64,000 bases of DNA from the human T2T-CHM13v2.0 reference genome, Homo sapiens. The notes under the pieces were generated by a model that saw only the letters and a program-made list of their open reading frames with translations, was not told the origin of the DNA and did not search any database. The stretch lies in assembly GCF_009914755.1 (NCBI RefSeq), contig NC_060942.1; one strand, given 5' to 3'. The translations under genes were made by a program, and so were the position numbers. Position 1 is the stretch's first letter. The number at the start of each line of letters is the position of its first letter. Of the stretch, positions 52,773 to 64,000 are shown piece after piece.

Positions 52773-53639
52773 AACCCAAAAATCCCATATGAATATGTGT
52801 CCACCTTTCTCTGTTTAGAAACCTTGCTTCTTATTTTATAATTCGCCTCTTCTATTCATGTTCTGTATATCTGTATTTCCTAAATTGTTTTACTGAATCA
52901 TGTATTAACCACATTTATATTTGTTATGAAAAATTGTAGCCACACTAAATTGGTAAATGGTAGTTTATATAAATCTCTTTACTACAGGACTCTTAAAAAC
53001 TTTCAGTATTCTTATGTTCGTACTTATTCTTCAAAAGTGAAACACTTTGCAGAGTTTGCTAATTTTTTTGATCTTGGAAATAAGTCCCCGCCCCCCACAC
53101 ACACCCAGCACAAAGAATGCTATAGGATTTAATGGTCTAAGGAACAACTTCAGTAAATGCCTAAGTAACATATTCAAGAGGGTGTGCTAATATTGAAATT
53201 TTACAAATCAGAGTGTTTTAATTGTATTATTCAATAGAAACAAATAAGAGTATTTCCAGTCAATATTCAGAATAGATTGCCCACAAGACAGTGAGATACC
53301 TCACAGTCATAAGGAATTAATATATTTTTCAATTGTAATCTGGAAAATGATATTTCAGATAATGCACTTGTCTTCTTGAACTTTGCACATGCTGAGTAAA
53401 TGATGGTTAAGATTCAGGAAAGAAAATATGATAATTATAAAATTATTGCCTAATTTATTATTTGGTAATTGGCAATCCTTTTCAATGGCACTTTGCTTGG
53501 TGATCGACTATTTTAGAAGTAAATCCAATAAATGAAAATATGCTTTATTATGCAACTGAAGTTTGATTCTAATATGGCTTTTCTGTTTTTTAGAAGAATG
53601 TTCATTCTACTTTTGCAGAAAATAATTCCAATAAATGGA

Positions 53640-53750
53640 GGTAGTATTGTGGAGTGATGTGAACACTGGATTTGGCAAGAGAAGATCTGATTTTTTTTTA
53701 AATTCTAGGTTTCCTTCTGATTTGTTATGTCACCATGGGCAAAATTTTAA
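53640..53750 (+). mobile_element. MIR 5' fragment
   Basis: GAACACTGGATTTGG...TTCTAGGTTT...TATGTCACCATGGGCAAA. Confidence 0.5.
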
Positions 53751-54298
53751 TGGAGTAGCAATGTAGCATAAGACACAGTAGATAGCTTTTTAATTTCTTA
53801 ATTGACATGTAATGATTGTACATATTTATGAGGTACAAGAGTGTTATTTCAATGCATCCAATACAGTATGAAATGATCAAATCAATGTAATTAGCATATC
53901 TATAATCTCAAACATTTACCATTTCTTTGTGGGAACATTCAAAATACTGTCTTCTAGAGAGTTAAAAGTACACAACGAATCATTGTTAACTACAATCACT
54001 CTATATTGCTATAGAACACTAGAACTTACATCTCTTGTATAGCTGTAATTTTATATCTATTTACCAACCTCTCCCTATCCTCCCATCCTAGCTACATTTC
54101 TCAGCCTCTAACAACCACACTTCTGTTCTTTTCTACTATAAGCTCAACACTTTTAGCTCCCACATATGAGTGAGAACATACAGTATATATCTTTGTGTGC
54201 CTGACTTAACTCACTTACCATATGTCCTCCAGCTCACCCATATTGTTGTGATGACAGGGTTTCATTCCTTTTTTATGGCTGAATAGTATCCCATTGTG

Positions 54299-54302
<4 letters not shown>

Positions 54303-54360
<58 letters not shown>
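54303..54360. repeat. (TA)n microsatellite, ~29 pure units, inside L1
   Basis: Read directly. Confidence 0.98.
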
Positions 54361-54362
<2 letters not shown>

Positions 54363-55364
54363 ACAATTTCCTTATCCATTTATCTGTGGATGGACACTTA
54401 AGTTGATTGTATATCTTGGCTGTTATGAATACTACTGCAGTAAACATGGGGGTACAGATAGCTCTCCAATATACTGTTTTCCTTTATTTTGGATAAATAC
54501 CAAGTTGTGGAATTACTAGATCACATGGTATTTCTATTTTTAGTTTTCTCAGGAACTCTTAAACTGTTTTCCATGATGGCTGTTCTAATTTATATTCCCA
54601 CTACCAGTTTTATAAGAATTCCTTTTTCTTTGCATTTCGCCAGCATTTATTTTTTGTGTTTTTGAAAATAATCATTCTAACTATGTTGAGATGATATCTC
54701 ATTGCGGTTTTGATTTGAATTTTCCTTATAATTAGTGATGATGATAATTTTTATATACTTGTTGGCTATTTGTATGCCTTCTTTTGAGAATTGCCTAGTC
54801 AGATCCTTTGGCCATTTTAAATTGGGTGATTTGGGTTTTTTTTTTTTGATAAGTTATTTGAGTTCCCTGTATGTTCTGGAAATTAATCACTTGTAAATGG
54901 ATATTTGCAAATATTTTCACCTATTCAAGAGGTTGTCTTTTCACTCTGTTGATTGTTTTCTTTGCTGTGCATAACACTTTTAGTTTGATAGAATCTCCTT
55001 TATGTATTTTTGTATTTATTGCCTGTGTTTTTGAAACCTTACCTATAAAATATTTCCCCAGACTAAAGTCACGGAACTTTTCCCCCATGTTTTCTTCTAG
55101 TATTTCATAGTTTCAGAAAATATATTTAAATATTTAATCCATTTTCAGCTGTTTTTTTATATGTTGAGAGATAAGGGTCTACTTTCATTCTTCTTTATAT
55201 GGATAACCCGTTTACTTAGCAACATTTCTTGAAGAAGGTGTCCTGTATTCAATGTATGATCTTGTCACTTTTACCAAAATTTAGTTGGCTATAAATATGT
55301 AGATCTATTCCTGCATTCTCTATTCTCCATGTCATTGGTTTATGTGTCTGTTTTTAAGCCAGTA

Positions 55365-55613
55365 CTATGCTGTTTTGGTTATTAGATCTGTGTAGTATAT
55401 TTTGAAGTCAGGTAGTGTTATACCTTCATCTTTGTTCTCTTTGATCAGAATTGCTTTAGCTGTTTGTGGTGTTTTGGGGTTCCATACAGATTTTGGGCTT
55501 GTTTTTCCTATTTCTGTGAAGAATGTCATTGGTACTTTGGTAGAAATTGCATTGAGTCTGTAAATCTTTTTGGGGAGCATGGTCATTTTAATAATATTAG
55601 TTGTTCCAATCAA
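55365..55613 (-). pseudogene. L1 ORF2p remnant (post-RT region)
   Basis: [17 protein letters not shown]...PMTFFTEI...AKAIL...[11 protein letters not shown] matches L1 ORF2p [29 protein letters not shown]...[12 protein letters not shown]; surrounded by stops and frameshifts. Confidence 0.92.
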
Positions 55614-57407
55614 TGAACATGAAAAGTCTTTTCATTTTTTTCTCATGTTGTCTTCTTCAATTTCTTTCATCACTATTTTGTAGTAGTCATTGTAGAGATC
55701 TTTCACCTCCTTGATTAAATTTATATCTAGGTATTTTTTGATAGCTATTATAAATAAGGTTGCTTTCTTTTTGTTTTCTTTCAGCTAATTCACTGCTAGT
55801 GTACAGGAACATTACTGATATTTTATGTTGATTTTGTATCCAGAAACTTTATTTGTTTTATTTATAAGTTCTAAGTGTTTTTGATGCAGCTTTTAGCTTT
55901 CCTAGATATGAGATCATGTAATCTGCAGAGGGACAATTTGACTTCCTCTTTTTCAATTTGGATGCCCTTTGTTTCTTTCTCTTGCCTAATTGGTCTTGCA
56001 GGGACTTCGAGTACTATTCTGAATAAGGGTGATGAAAATGTGCAGCTTTGTCTTATTCCAGTTTTAGAGGAAAAGCTTTCAGCTTATCCTCATTCAGTAT
56101 GATGTTAACTGTGCATTTGTCTTATACTGCCTTTATCATATTGAGGCACATTTCTTCTACATTGAATTTCTTGAGAATTTTTATCATGAAGAGATGTTGA
56201 ATTTTATCAGATGCTTTTTCTGCATCTCTTGAGATGATCATATTTTTTGGCCTTCATTCTATTACATTATGTATCACGTTTATGGATTTACATATGCTGA
56301 ATCATTACTGCATTCCTGGGATAAATATCATTTGATAATGATGTATGATCTCTTCGATATGCTGTTGGATTCAGTTTGCTAGTATTTTGCTGAAAACTTT
56401 TGTGTCTATGTCTATCAGGGATTTTGGACTTTAGTTTTCTTTCTTTGTTGTGTTCCTGTCTGGTTTTGGTATCAGGGTAATTCTGGCATTGTAGAATGAG
56501 TTAGGAAGAATTCTCTACTCTTCAACATGTTTGAATTGTTTAAGAAGAATTGGTATTAGTTTTCCTTTAAATGTTTGGTAGAATTCAATTTTTCTTTGTT
56601 AAGAAACTTTGTATTGTTGTGTCAATCTTGCTATTTGTTATTGGTCTATTCACATGTTCTATTTCTTCCTGGCTCAATCTTGGTAGGCTGTATGTGTCCA
56701 GGAATTTGTCGATTTCCTCTAGGTTTTCTGATTTATTGGCACATTGTTGTTCATAATAGTTTCTACTGGTCTTTTGTATTTCTGTGATGTCAGTGGCAAT
56801 GTCTCTTCTTTTGTTTCTAATTTTATTTAGTTGGATATTCTCCGTTTTTCTCAGTTTGTTTAGCTAATCACTGTTGATTTTGTTTACTTTTCAGAGACCA
56901 AATTTTCATTTTGGTTATTTTGTATCTCTTTTAGTCTCTATTTTGTTCAGTTCTGCCATTATCTTTATTATTTCTTTCCGTCTACTCTTTTCGGGTTTAA
57001 TTTGTTCTTGCTTTTTTTAATTTCTTGAGGGGCATGATTAGGTTATTTATTTGAAATTTTTCTGCTTTATTGATGTAGGCATTTTTTGCTATAATCTTCC
57101 CTCTTGGTAATACTTTTGCTATATCCCATAGGTATGTTTTGTTTCAATTTTCATTGGTTTCAAAAAATGTTTTTATTTCATTCTTCATTGACCCCTTGAT
57201 CTTTCAGAAACATGTCTAATATTTAGGTATTTGTATAGTTTCTAAAGTTCCTCTTATTACTGATTTCTAGTTTTATTCCAATGTGTTCTGAGATGTTATA
57301 ATTTTAATTTTTAAGAATTCATTGAGATTTGTTTTGTGTCCTAACATATGGTCTATCTTAGAGAACATTCCATATGCTGATGAGAAAAATATATATTTTT
57401 CAGCTAC

Positions 57408-57617
57408 TCAGTGAAATGTTCTATAAATGTCTGTTAGATCCATTTGGTATATGGTGCCATTTAAGTCTGATGTTTCTTTTTTAAACTTTGGTCTACATGG
57501 TGTGTCCAATGCTGAGCATGGGGGGTTGAAGTCCCCAACTATTATAGTAGTGTGGTATATCTCCCCCTTTAGTTCTAACAATATTTGCTTTATATAGTTG
57601 GGTGCTACAGTGCTCAT
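57408..57617 (-). pseudogene. L1 ORF2p endonuclease domain remnant
   Basis: APNYIKQILLELK...TIIVGDFNPP...DLTDIYRTFH; contains the APE-like GDFN motif. Confidence 0.92.
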
Positions 57618-60600
57618 GCATCCTCTCTTATTGTTTATCTTTGAAGGTTGGTGGTTTGTTTACTTTTTGGTAATGATAATGTTTGATTTCTTTCTGTTCA
57701 CAACGTTTGATTTATTTTAGTTTCTCATTTGTGTATCTGCTCTACTGGTGAGTTTATACGTTCACACGTTTTCATGATGGTAGATATTGTCTTTTTACTT
57801 TCAGATATAGAACTGCCTCAATTATTTCTTGAAGGGCTAGTTTAGTTGTGATGAATTTCCACTGCTTTTGCATGTCTGGGAAAGAGTTTATTTCTCCTTC
57901 ATTTCTGAAAAAAGTATCTTGGCTGGGTATTGTATTCTTGGTCAACAATTTTTTTTTCTTTAGTGCTTAGAATATATCATCTCATTCTCACATGGCCTGG
58001 AAGGTTTCGCTGGGAAATCTTTTATTCTGATGGAGATTTCCTTATATGTGACTAGGCAGTTTTCTCTTGCTATTTTTAGAATTCTTTCTTTGACTTTTGA
58101 CAGTTTGACTATAATGTGCCTCTGACAGGACCTTTCTGGGTTGTATGTATTTGAAGATCTTGAGCTTCCTATATCTAGATGCCCATATCCATTCCAAGAT
58201 TTGGGAAATTTTTATGTTATTTTATTCAATGTTTTTTTTTAATGCATTTTGCCATCTCTTCTGCTTCTGAAGCCCTCAAAATTTGAAAATTTATTCATTC
58301 AATGCTGCCACATTTATACTGTAGACTTTGTAATTCTTTTTTATTATTATCTGACTTGGTTATTTCAAAAGATGTGTCTTAAAGTTCATAAATTCTTTCT
58401 TCTTCTTGATCTAGTCTATTGTTGAAGCTCTAAATTATACTTTTTATTTTTATTTCGTTGAACTTTTCACTTCCAAGAGTTCTGTTTGGCTCTTTTTTAT
58501 GGCATCTCTCTCTTTGTTGAATTTCCCATTTATATTATTAATTATTTTCCTGACTTTGTTGAATTGTCTAACTGTTCCATTGTGTTTTGCTGAGTTTCCT
58601 TAAGATCATCATTTTTTAATTCCATTTCATGCATTTCACAGATTTATATTTTTGGGATATGTTACTAGAGAATTGTTATATTCCTTTGAAAGTATCACAT
58701 TTCCTTGCTTTTTTGCTTTTATTTCCTTACATTAATATCTACATGTCTGCGAGAATGGTTGTTTTGAATTTTATGGAGTGACCTTCATAGGAAAAGACTT
58801 TTTCCTGTAGATGTGTCTTATAGGGTCAGCTGTGTAGGATTTTTTTGGCTTTGGTTCTAGGTGGGCACAATAGTATACTTTCCATTTGATTAATTTGGCT
58901 GTTATCAAAATCATTGGTGTCTTTGAGTGCCTCAGTGGCCTAGCTGCAGTTTTTTGTAAAGTCTGTGACACAGATTTACTGAGGGCGGGTCCTGGGCAAG
59001 CTGGTCTTTGGGGCCTAGGGAAGTGCATGCAAACACATGACAGCTCCACTGCTGGAGAAGCCAGTGTCATCAGCAACAGTGGTGGCGGACCCCAGGCAGG
59101 CCAGTCTTTGAGATGCCAGGGGGCACGCACAAGTGCACAGCACCTTCATCTCCAGAAGAGTGTGGTTGCTGGTGGTGATGAGAGCAGTTCCTGGGAGGGC
59201 AGCTCTCTGGTTCTGTGTCGTGATTGTGTTGGCTTTCTTTGTACTAAGGGCTGCCTCCCTGCTGTGTTAGACTGCCTGTGCCTCAGGGTGTAGGGCACTG
59301 CATGGGTTCATATGGTAGGGTCATATCTGTATAGCTGGGTCCAGGTGGTGTTGTAATGTTGCAGTCCTCTGAGTGAATGCAGTGAGATGTTGGCAGGACC
59401 CCAGGATGTGACGATGTCAGAACTACTGGGCCCCGGGGCAGGATGTAGTCTAGAGGTGACTCTCCTCTCAAAATGATGATGTGATGCAACAGCCTAGGTG
59501 GGTGGGTGGAGGGAAGCAGTGTGGATTCCCCCTCTGGAATAATGCAGTGTGTGGTCTTTAGGCAGATTTCTATACAGAGTTCAATACCTGCAAGGGCTGT
59601 GGAGCTCTTCTGTAGCTAGGATTGCAGGCATCCATGGTAACAATGTGAACTGCTGGAGACCTCCCACTTACCTTTTCCCCACAGTGGGGACTTTCTCGGC
59701 TCTAAGTCAGTCTCAGTTGTGGCCTTCCCTTCTGTCTGTATGCTGCCATCCTGAGTCTGTTCCTCTGTGGGTTTTCATCACTTCTCTGCTGAATTTCGGT
59801 GTTCTCCTCTAGATACTTTATTTAACTTGTGGTTAACTATTTTTTTGTTTTGGTCTTTCTTTGTGGAGCAGGCAAGTGCTGAATACCTCTAGTCAGCAAT
59901 CTTGATGATGTCTCCTCTATTTATAAGTTTTAGAAAAGTTTTCCCTCAGTTGTTCCAGCCTTACAGGTGTGATTTCCATAAAACTACCATGGTCAGATTT
60001 AAGGTTTTTTTTCCTAGAATTCGTCTTCCCTTAATTTCTTCAGTCAGAAGAACTCCACGTTTCCCTCCAAAGGCTGCTTGAAGAACAGTCTTCCCTTCCC
60101 AGCCTGACAGTATCTCTGATGTTATGTAAAAGTATCCTGCATACCAGACCTGGACCAGTCCTTTTTGTTTGGACTGTCTTCCCCTGTTGAACTTCTGTTC
60201 TTTAAGTTCATCATTCAGTGGGAGCATTCCATCACCACATGATTCCCACTTTAGAAAAGGTGTTATCAAGACCTGACACTCTACTGGCAGCATCACACTC
60301 TGCACTCAGTGCCTACCCCTGTTATTAAGAAAAGAAAAGGTGATTGAACTATCTGCCACTATGAGAAAATTTCACTAATATCTAAAGATTGGTTAAAATA
60401 AAAACCACATGTCATCAATGCCTCACAATAATTGGGAAAATTGAAATTTTATTTTCTCCTTGGCACAAGAGGAACTAGCTAGAAAAACTAGCTGTTGATG
60501 CACTTCCTTGCACTCTTTTCATTGGGATTTCTCTGTCCTGCCTCTCAGCACTAAGATCTGGGAGTGAAGGAGCTCAACATTACATCCTCTGCCTTCAGCT

Positions 60601-60912
60601 CAACGATTTCTATGATGGGGATTCAAAGTCCAGTCAAGAAAAAGGGAGAAGAGGTGAGAGGCCAACATATGTTGTTAAACCTTTCAATGAGGACTTCAGG
60701 AAGTGTCAAGGAATAAAAAATGATTTTAGCTTAACCTTGGGTCTATCAACTGAGGACAGAACAAAATCATGGCCATAAAGCCTTTGCTGTTGTAAATAAG
60801 AAAAGTAAAGATTATTATATGGCAAAAGCATATTGTTTAATTTTTTCATCAAAGCTAAATGGAAGGAAAAGCAAGTTTGTGCCATTTATGGGAATTACAT
60901 AAAGAAAGAATA

Positions 60913-60981
60913 TTAATTTCTAGTTTTATAAAAATCTATTGCAGTGTTGTTAATTTCTAGTTTTCGAAAAATCTAATGCAG
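60913..60981. repeat. 37-bp-period tandem duplication
   Basis: TTAATTTCTAGTTTT(AT/CG)AAAAATCTA(T/A)TGCAG at 60913 and 60950. Confidence 0.9.
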
Positions 60982-63389
60982 AATTCAAGGAGAAATCTAT
61001 GACACTACGTTTTCTAAAAATGACTGAATTTTATACTAAGTCAAGAAAAATCATACCTTTCAAACAGAATTGTGCACTTACACACATAGGCATATGCATG
61101 CATGCATACACATACACACGCACACACCACACAATTAGTGACTGAGGGATTACTATATTCCTGGCAGGAGTTGCCAATGTGCGTGGTTTTGAATAATGTT
61201 CATTGCTCTTATTCAGGTCACTATCTATAATTCAGATTTATTCAAAAACACTCCACTTGGTAGGTTTTTAGTGTGCTATTTTTAGTGATAAAGAGTTGCC
61301 ATTAGGAAGAAAGAAATATGGTTCTCCCTCTTTTGTTAAAAGATACCTATTCTGTGGCAGAAATGCTTATGTATTTTTTACTTGTTCTCTGGCATTTACT
61401 TAAACTTTGACATGGAAAGCTTGATGTCTTTTATAGAAAATTATTCCATTTTTACCTTTTTTTGTTGTTAAGATGACTAGGTGCTGTTATGTTATCACTG
61501 TTTTAAATGCAGGCATGTCTTAAAATTCCTAGCTATTTTAAGCAGATCATTCAAATCTTTTGAACGACATTAATACACCATTTTCAGGGAAGCTACGTTT
61601 ATTGAATCTTTCAAATACTCTCTGCTTAGCTTGGCTGTCATCACACCATCAGTTGTGTGGTATATAAATAACCTCACTTTAACATGTGAGAAATAATAAA
61701 AAAGACTCCTTATGGATGTTAAGATGGGAAATTAAACTCCAGGTGCTTCACGGAGTTATTTGGGACATTTTCCAGTTGTCAATATGGAAATCCTGTCACT
61801 CAGGGCAGGGATCTGTTGCCATGGGGAAGCAAAAGCTGCATCATTTGACAAGTTGGCAGTGGTTATAGTTGGTAGAAAAAGAAAAACTTGGAGACAGGTA
61901 TTAGAAGATGGCCGTTCACCAGGGATTGATGTACTGGTTTGAAAATAAATTAATTATTCTTCTCTTCCTTTTATAAACATGTGTTTGTGCAAAAAGATTA
62001 TGGTCTTTTAGGCACATAAATCATAAAACTTAGATGTAACCATGTCTCTTAACTACATAAATGCACATACATCCAAGCATTTAATTGATTAATTACCCTC
62101 TTTGAAATAATGATGTGTTAGATGAAAAATTTAATATTAACATTGACTTGGCTATGACTTCCAAGCGAGTCAAACTCTGAATTGTTAAGTAAGAAGTTTA
62201 AAATCTTCTTTTGCTCAGTCTTAGTGAGAATGAGCTTTCCATTAAAGATATTGCATTCCATCCCATTTCTGCAGTACACTCAAGGAGGTTAACAACTAGG
62301 CAAAGTTCAGAGAAGAGCAAGGGATGCTAAGAGATTGAGGAACTGATTTTCAACGAAACAAAACCCCCCATGCCACCCTTAAAGTAGTGTGTCAATTATT
62401 AATTTCCCTTTAAATTCAGGAGGGCAGCCTCTATCTAGTTACTCACTAGGTGGAGAATAAGACATTGCTCTCTCTAATGATAAACCCACTATAACCCAGA
62501 TTTGGCATAAAGCTATCAGGACTCAGGCCCTGCTTAGGATGTTTTAACATTTGGAATTATTAGAGTGTGTGGCATTGTCCAATCTCTTCTATTGAATGAC
62601 ATCTTTGCCTGACTCTTAAGCGTATAAAAAAAGTAACCTTATTTCTATTTTTTCTTCAACCAGAATTATCTTTATTTCTAAATGAGAGTAAGGATACTTG
62701 GACTTCTAAAGTACATTTCCAAAACAAGCTACTATGGTAAAACAATATATAATCAAGTAGAAAAGGTATAAAGGAAGCTATTTCCTCTACATCAACTGAA
62801 TGAGCTACTTTCAAAAGTATTCTTTTGAAGATAGGGGACATGGGATCTCTCTTTTTCCCATACAGAGTTAAACAATGTGAGGATGTTCATTGTGGCAAAG
62901 CCTTGTTCAGATTTAATTTTGATCCTTGAGGTTTGTCAGTCACAGTTCTTTGTACAGAATGAAGTCTTAGTAAATATATGCTTTTAAAATAATATTTATG
63001 TAAATGTGTTCTAAGCAGGGCATAGAACTCTTGGAGATTTATAGTGGAAATTTTTGAAAGAGAGAATGAGTGTCTAAAATTTTAAAAGGCAAAGTCCGAC
63101 CTATAACCTAGAAACCTATATAATAGATTGAATTTGAGATAGAAAATACAGTTAGCATAATTTAAAAAATTATAATTTGTTTCTTAGGTCAGTTTTGGAA
63201 AATTTAAAGGTAGGCTAAATATTGCATATTTTGTACTATGGAATGTATTAATATACAATTTCTCACAAAACAGTGGTATACAATTTATTTGGAATAAGCT
63301 GGAAAAAATGTATATATACAATATAATAAGCTTAAAATAAATGTTGGGGTTGGGGGAGAGGGCAGGAATTGACCTTAAATGAACACACT

Positions 63390-63540
63390 CTATGTTAATG
63401 ATCCTATGCTAGGTACATTATTCCTAGCAATTTCTAAACAAGGAAATTGAGGCTCAGTGTTTGTGACATTTGAATTCACTAAGTGCACCACAGATGAATA
63501 GACAAGTCTGTTAAATTCTAAAATCTAAATTTTATCATAG
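63390..63540 (-). mobile_element. MIR fragment
   Basis: AAGGAAATTGAGGCTCAG core. Confidence 0.5.
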
Positions 63541-63780
63541 TTACTTATTACTTTACAATAAGTTAGAGTTTTAAAATATTGCATACTTGCTCTTTTTAAA
63601 TCAGTTGTTACACTTGCAAAACCACTTCTTAATACTATAATTTATTCATGTCTTAAAGTTTGTCTGTCCATCCAATTGCTTTGCTCACTGCTTTTTCTAA
63701 CCTTTTCCTTGCCATCTGCTCACCCACACTGCTGATTTTTCCTACCAGCAGGTGTCAAGTTTCTTCAATCTGTTCAACTC

Positions 63781-64000
63781 TGATATTCTTCAACTCTGGC
63801 AAACTTTAGTCAGGCCCCTCTGAGCCCTTTTCTTGACTAGTTCTCAATCTCAGGTTTCTGTCTTAGTCCTTGCCTTGCCTCCCAGTTTTAGTAAAAATCC
63901 TGCTAAGTCAGGTTTTAAGAAATTCTCCACCCTTACTCTCTGATCGCATGTGATATCTGATCAAATTTTCATCTTCCAACATCCCCCAGATGATATCTGA
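63781..64000 (+). mobile_element. ERV1 LTR (MER31-like), truncated by window end
   Basis: CAAACTTTAGTCAGGCCCCTCTGAGCCC...AATCCTGCTAAGTCAG...TGATATCTGATCAAATT...CATCCCCCAGATGATATCTGA. Confidence 0.7.

Larger units (their letters stand above)
53787..59915 (-). mobile_element. Near-full-length decayed LINE-1 (L1MA-like), ~6.1 kb
   Basis: 3' end TTAATTGACATGTAATGATTGTACATATTTATGAGGTAC; ORF2 remnants 54260-57620; ORF1-region ~57800-58750; GC-richer 5' UTR ending CCTCTAGTCAGCAATCTTGATGA. Confidence 0.95.

Noticed and set aside
58771-59812. Longest ORFs (119 and 135 aa) and neighbours
   Set aside because: They lie in the GC-richer L1 5' UTR, where stops are rarer; no known protein similarity seen.

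Overview
AT-rich, CpG-poor primate (human-like) non-coding genomic DNA, intergenic or deep intronic. I cannot support any host protein-coding exon, RNA gene or CRISPR array. Recognisable content is mostly interspersed repeats: two dimeric Alus with target-site duplications (TSDs), a fossil Alu monomer, a decayed ~6.1 kb L1M element, an internally deleted L1M, many L2 and MIR fragments, MaLR/ERVL/ERV1 LTRs (including an intact CpG-rich solo LTR with a 4-bp TSD) and hAT MITEs (MER5A, MER30). There are also microsatellites and many short tandem duplications. The only ORFs with recognisable homology are L1 ORF2 remnants. The clearest unexplained structure is a 188-bp, ~97% identical copy (45165-45352) of sequence 2018 bp downstream, inserted into an old L2 without an evident TSD, which looks like a templated insertion. 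I found no convincing novel multi-gene system. Repeat subfamily names come from recalled consensus motifs and boundaries of old repeats are approximate.
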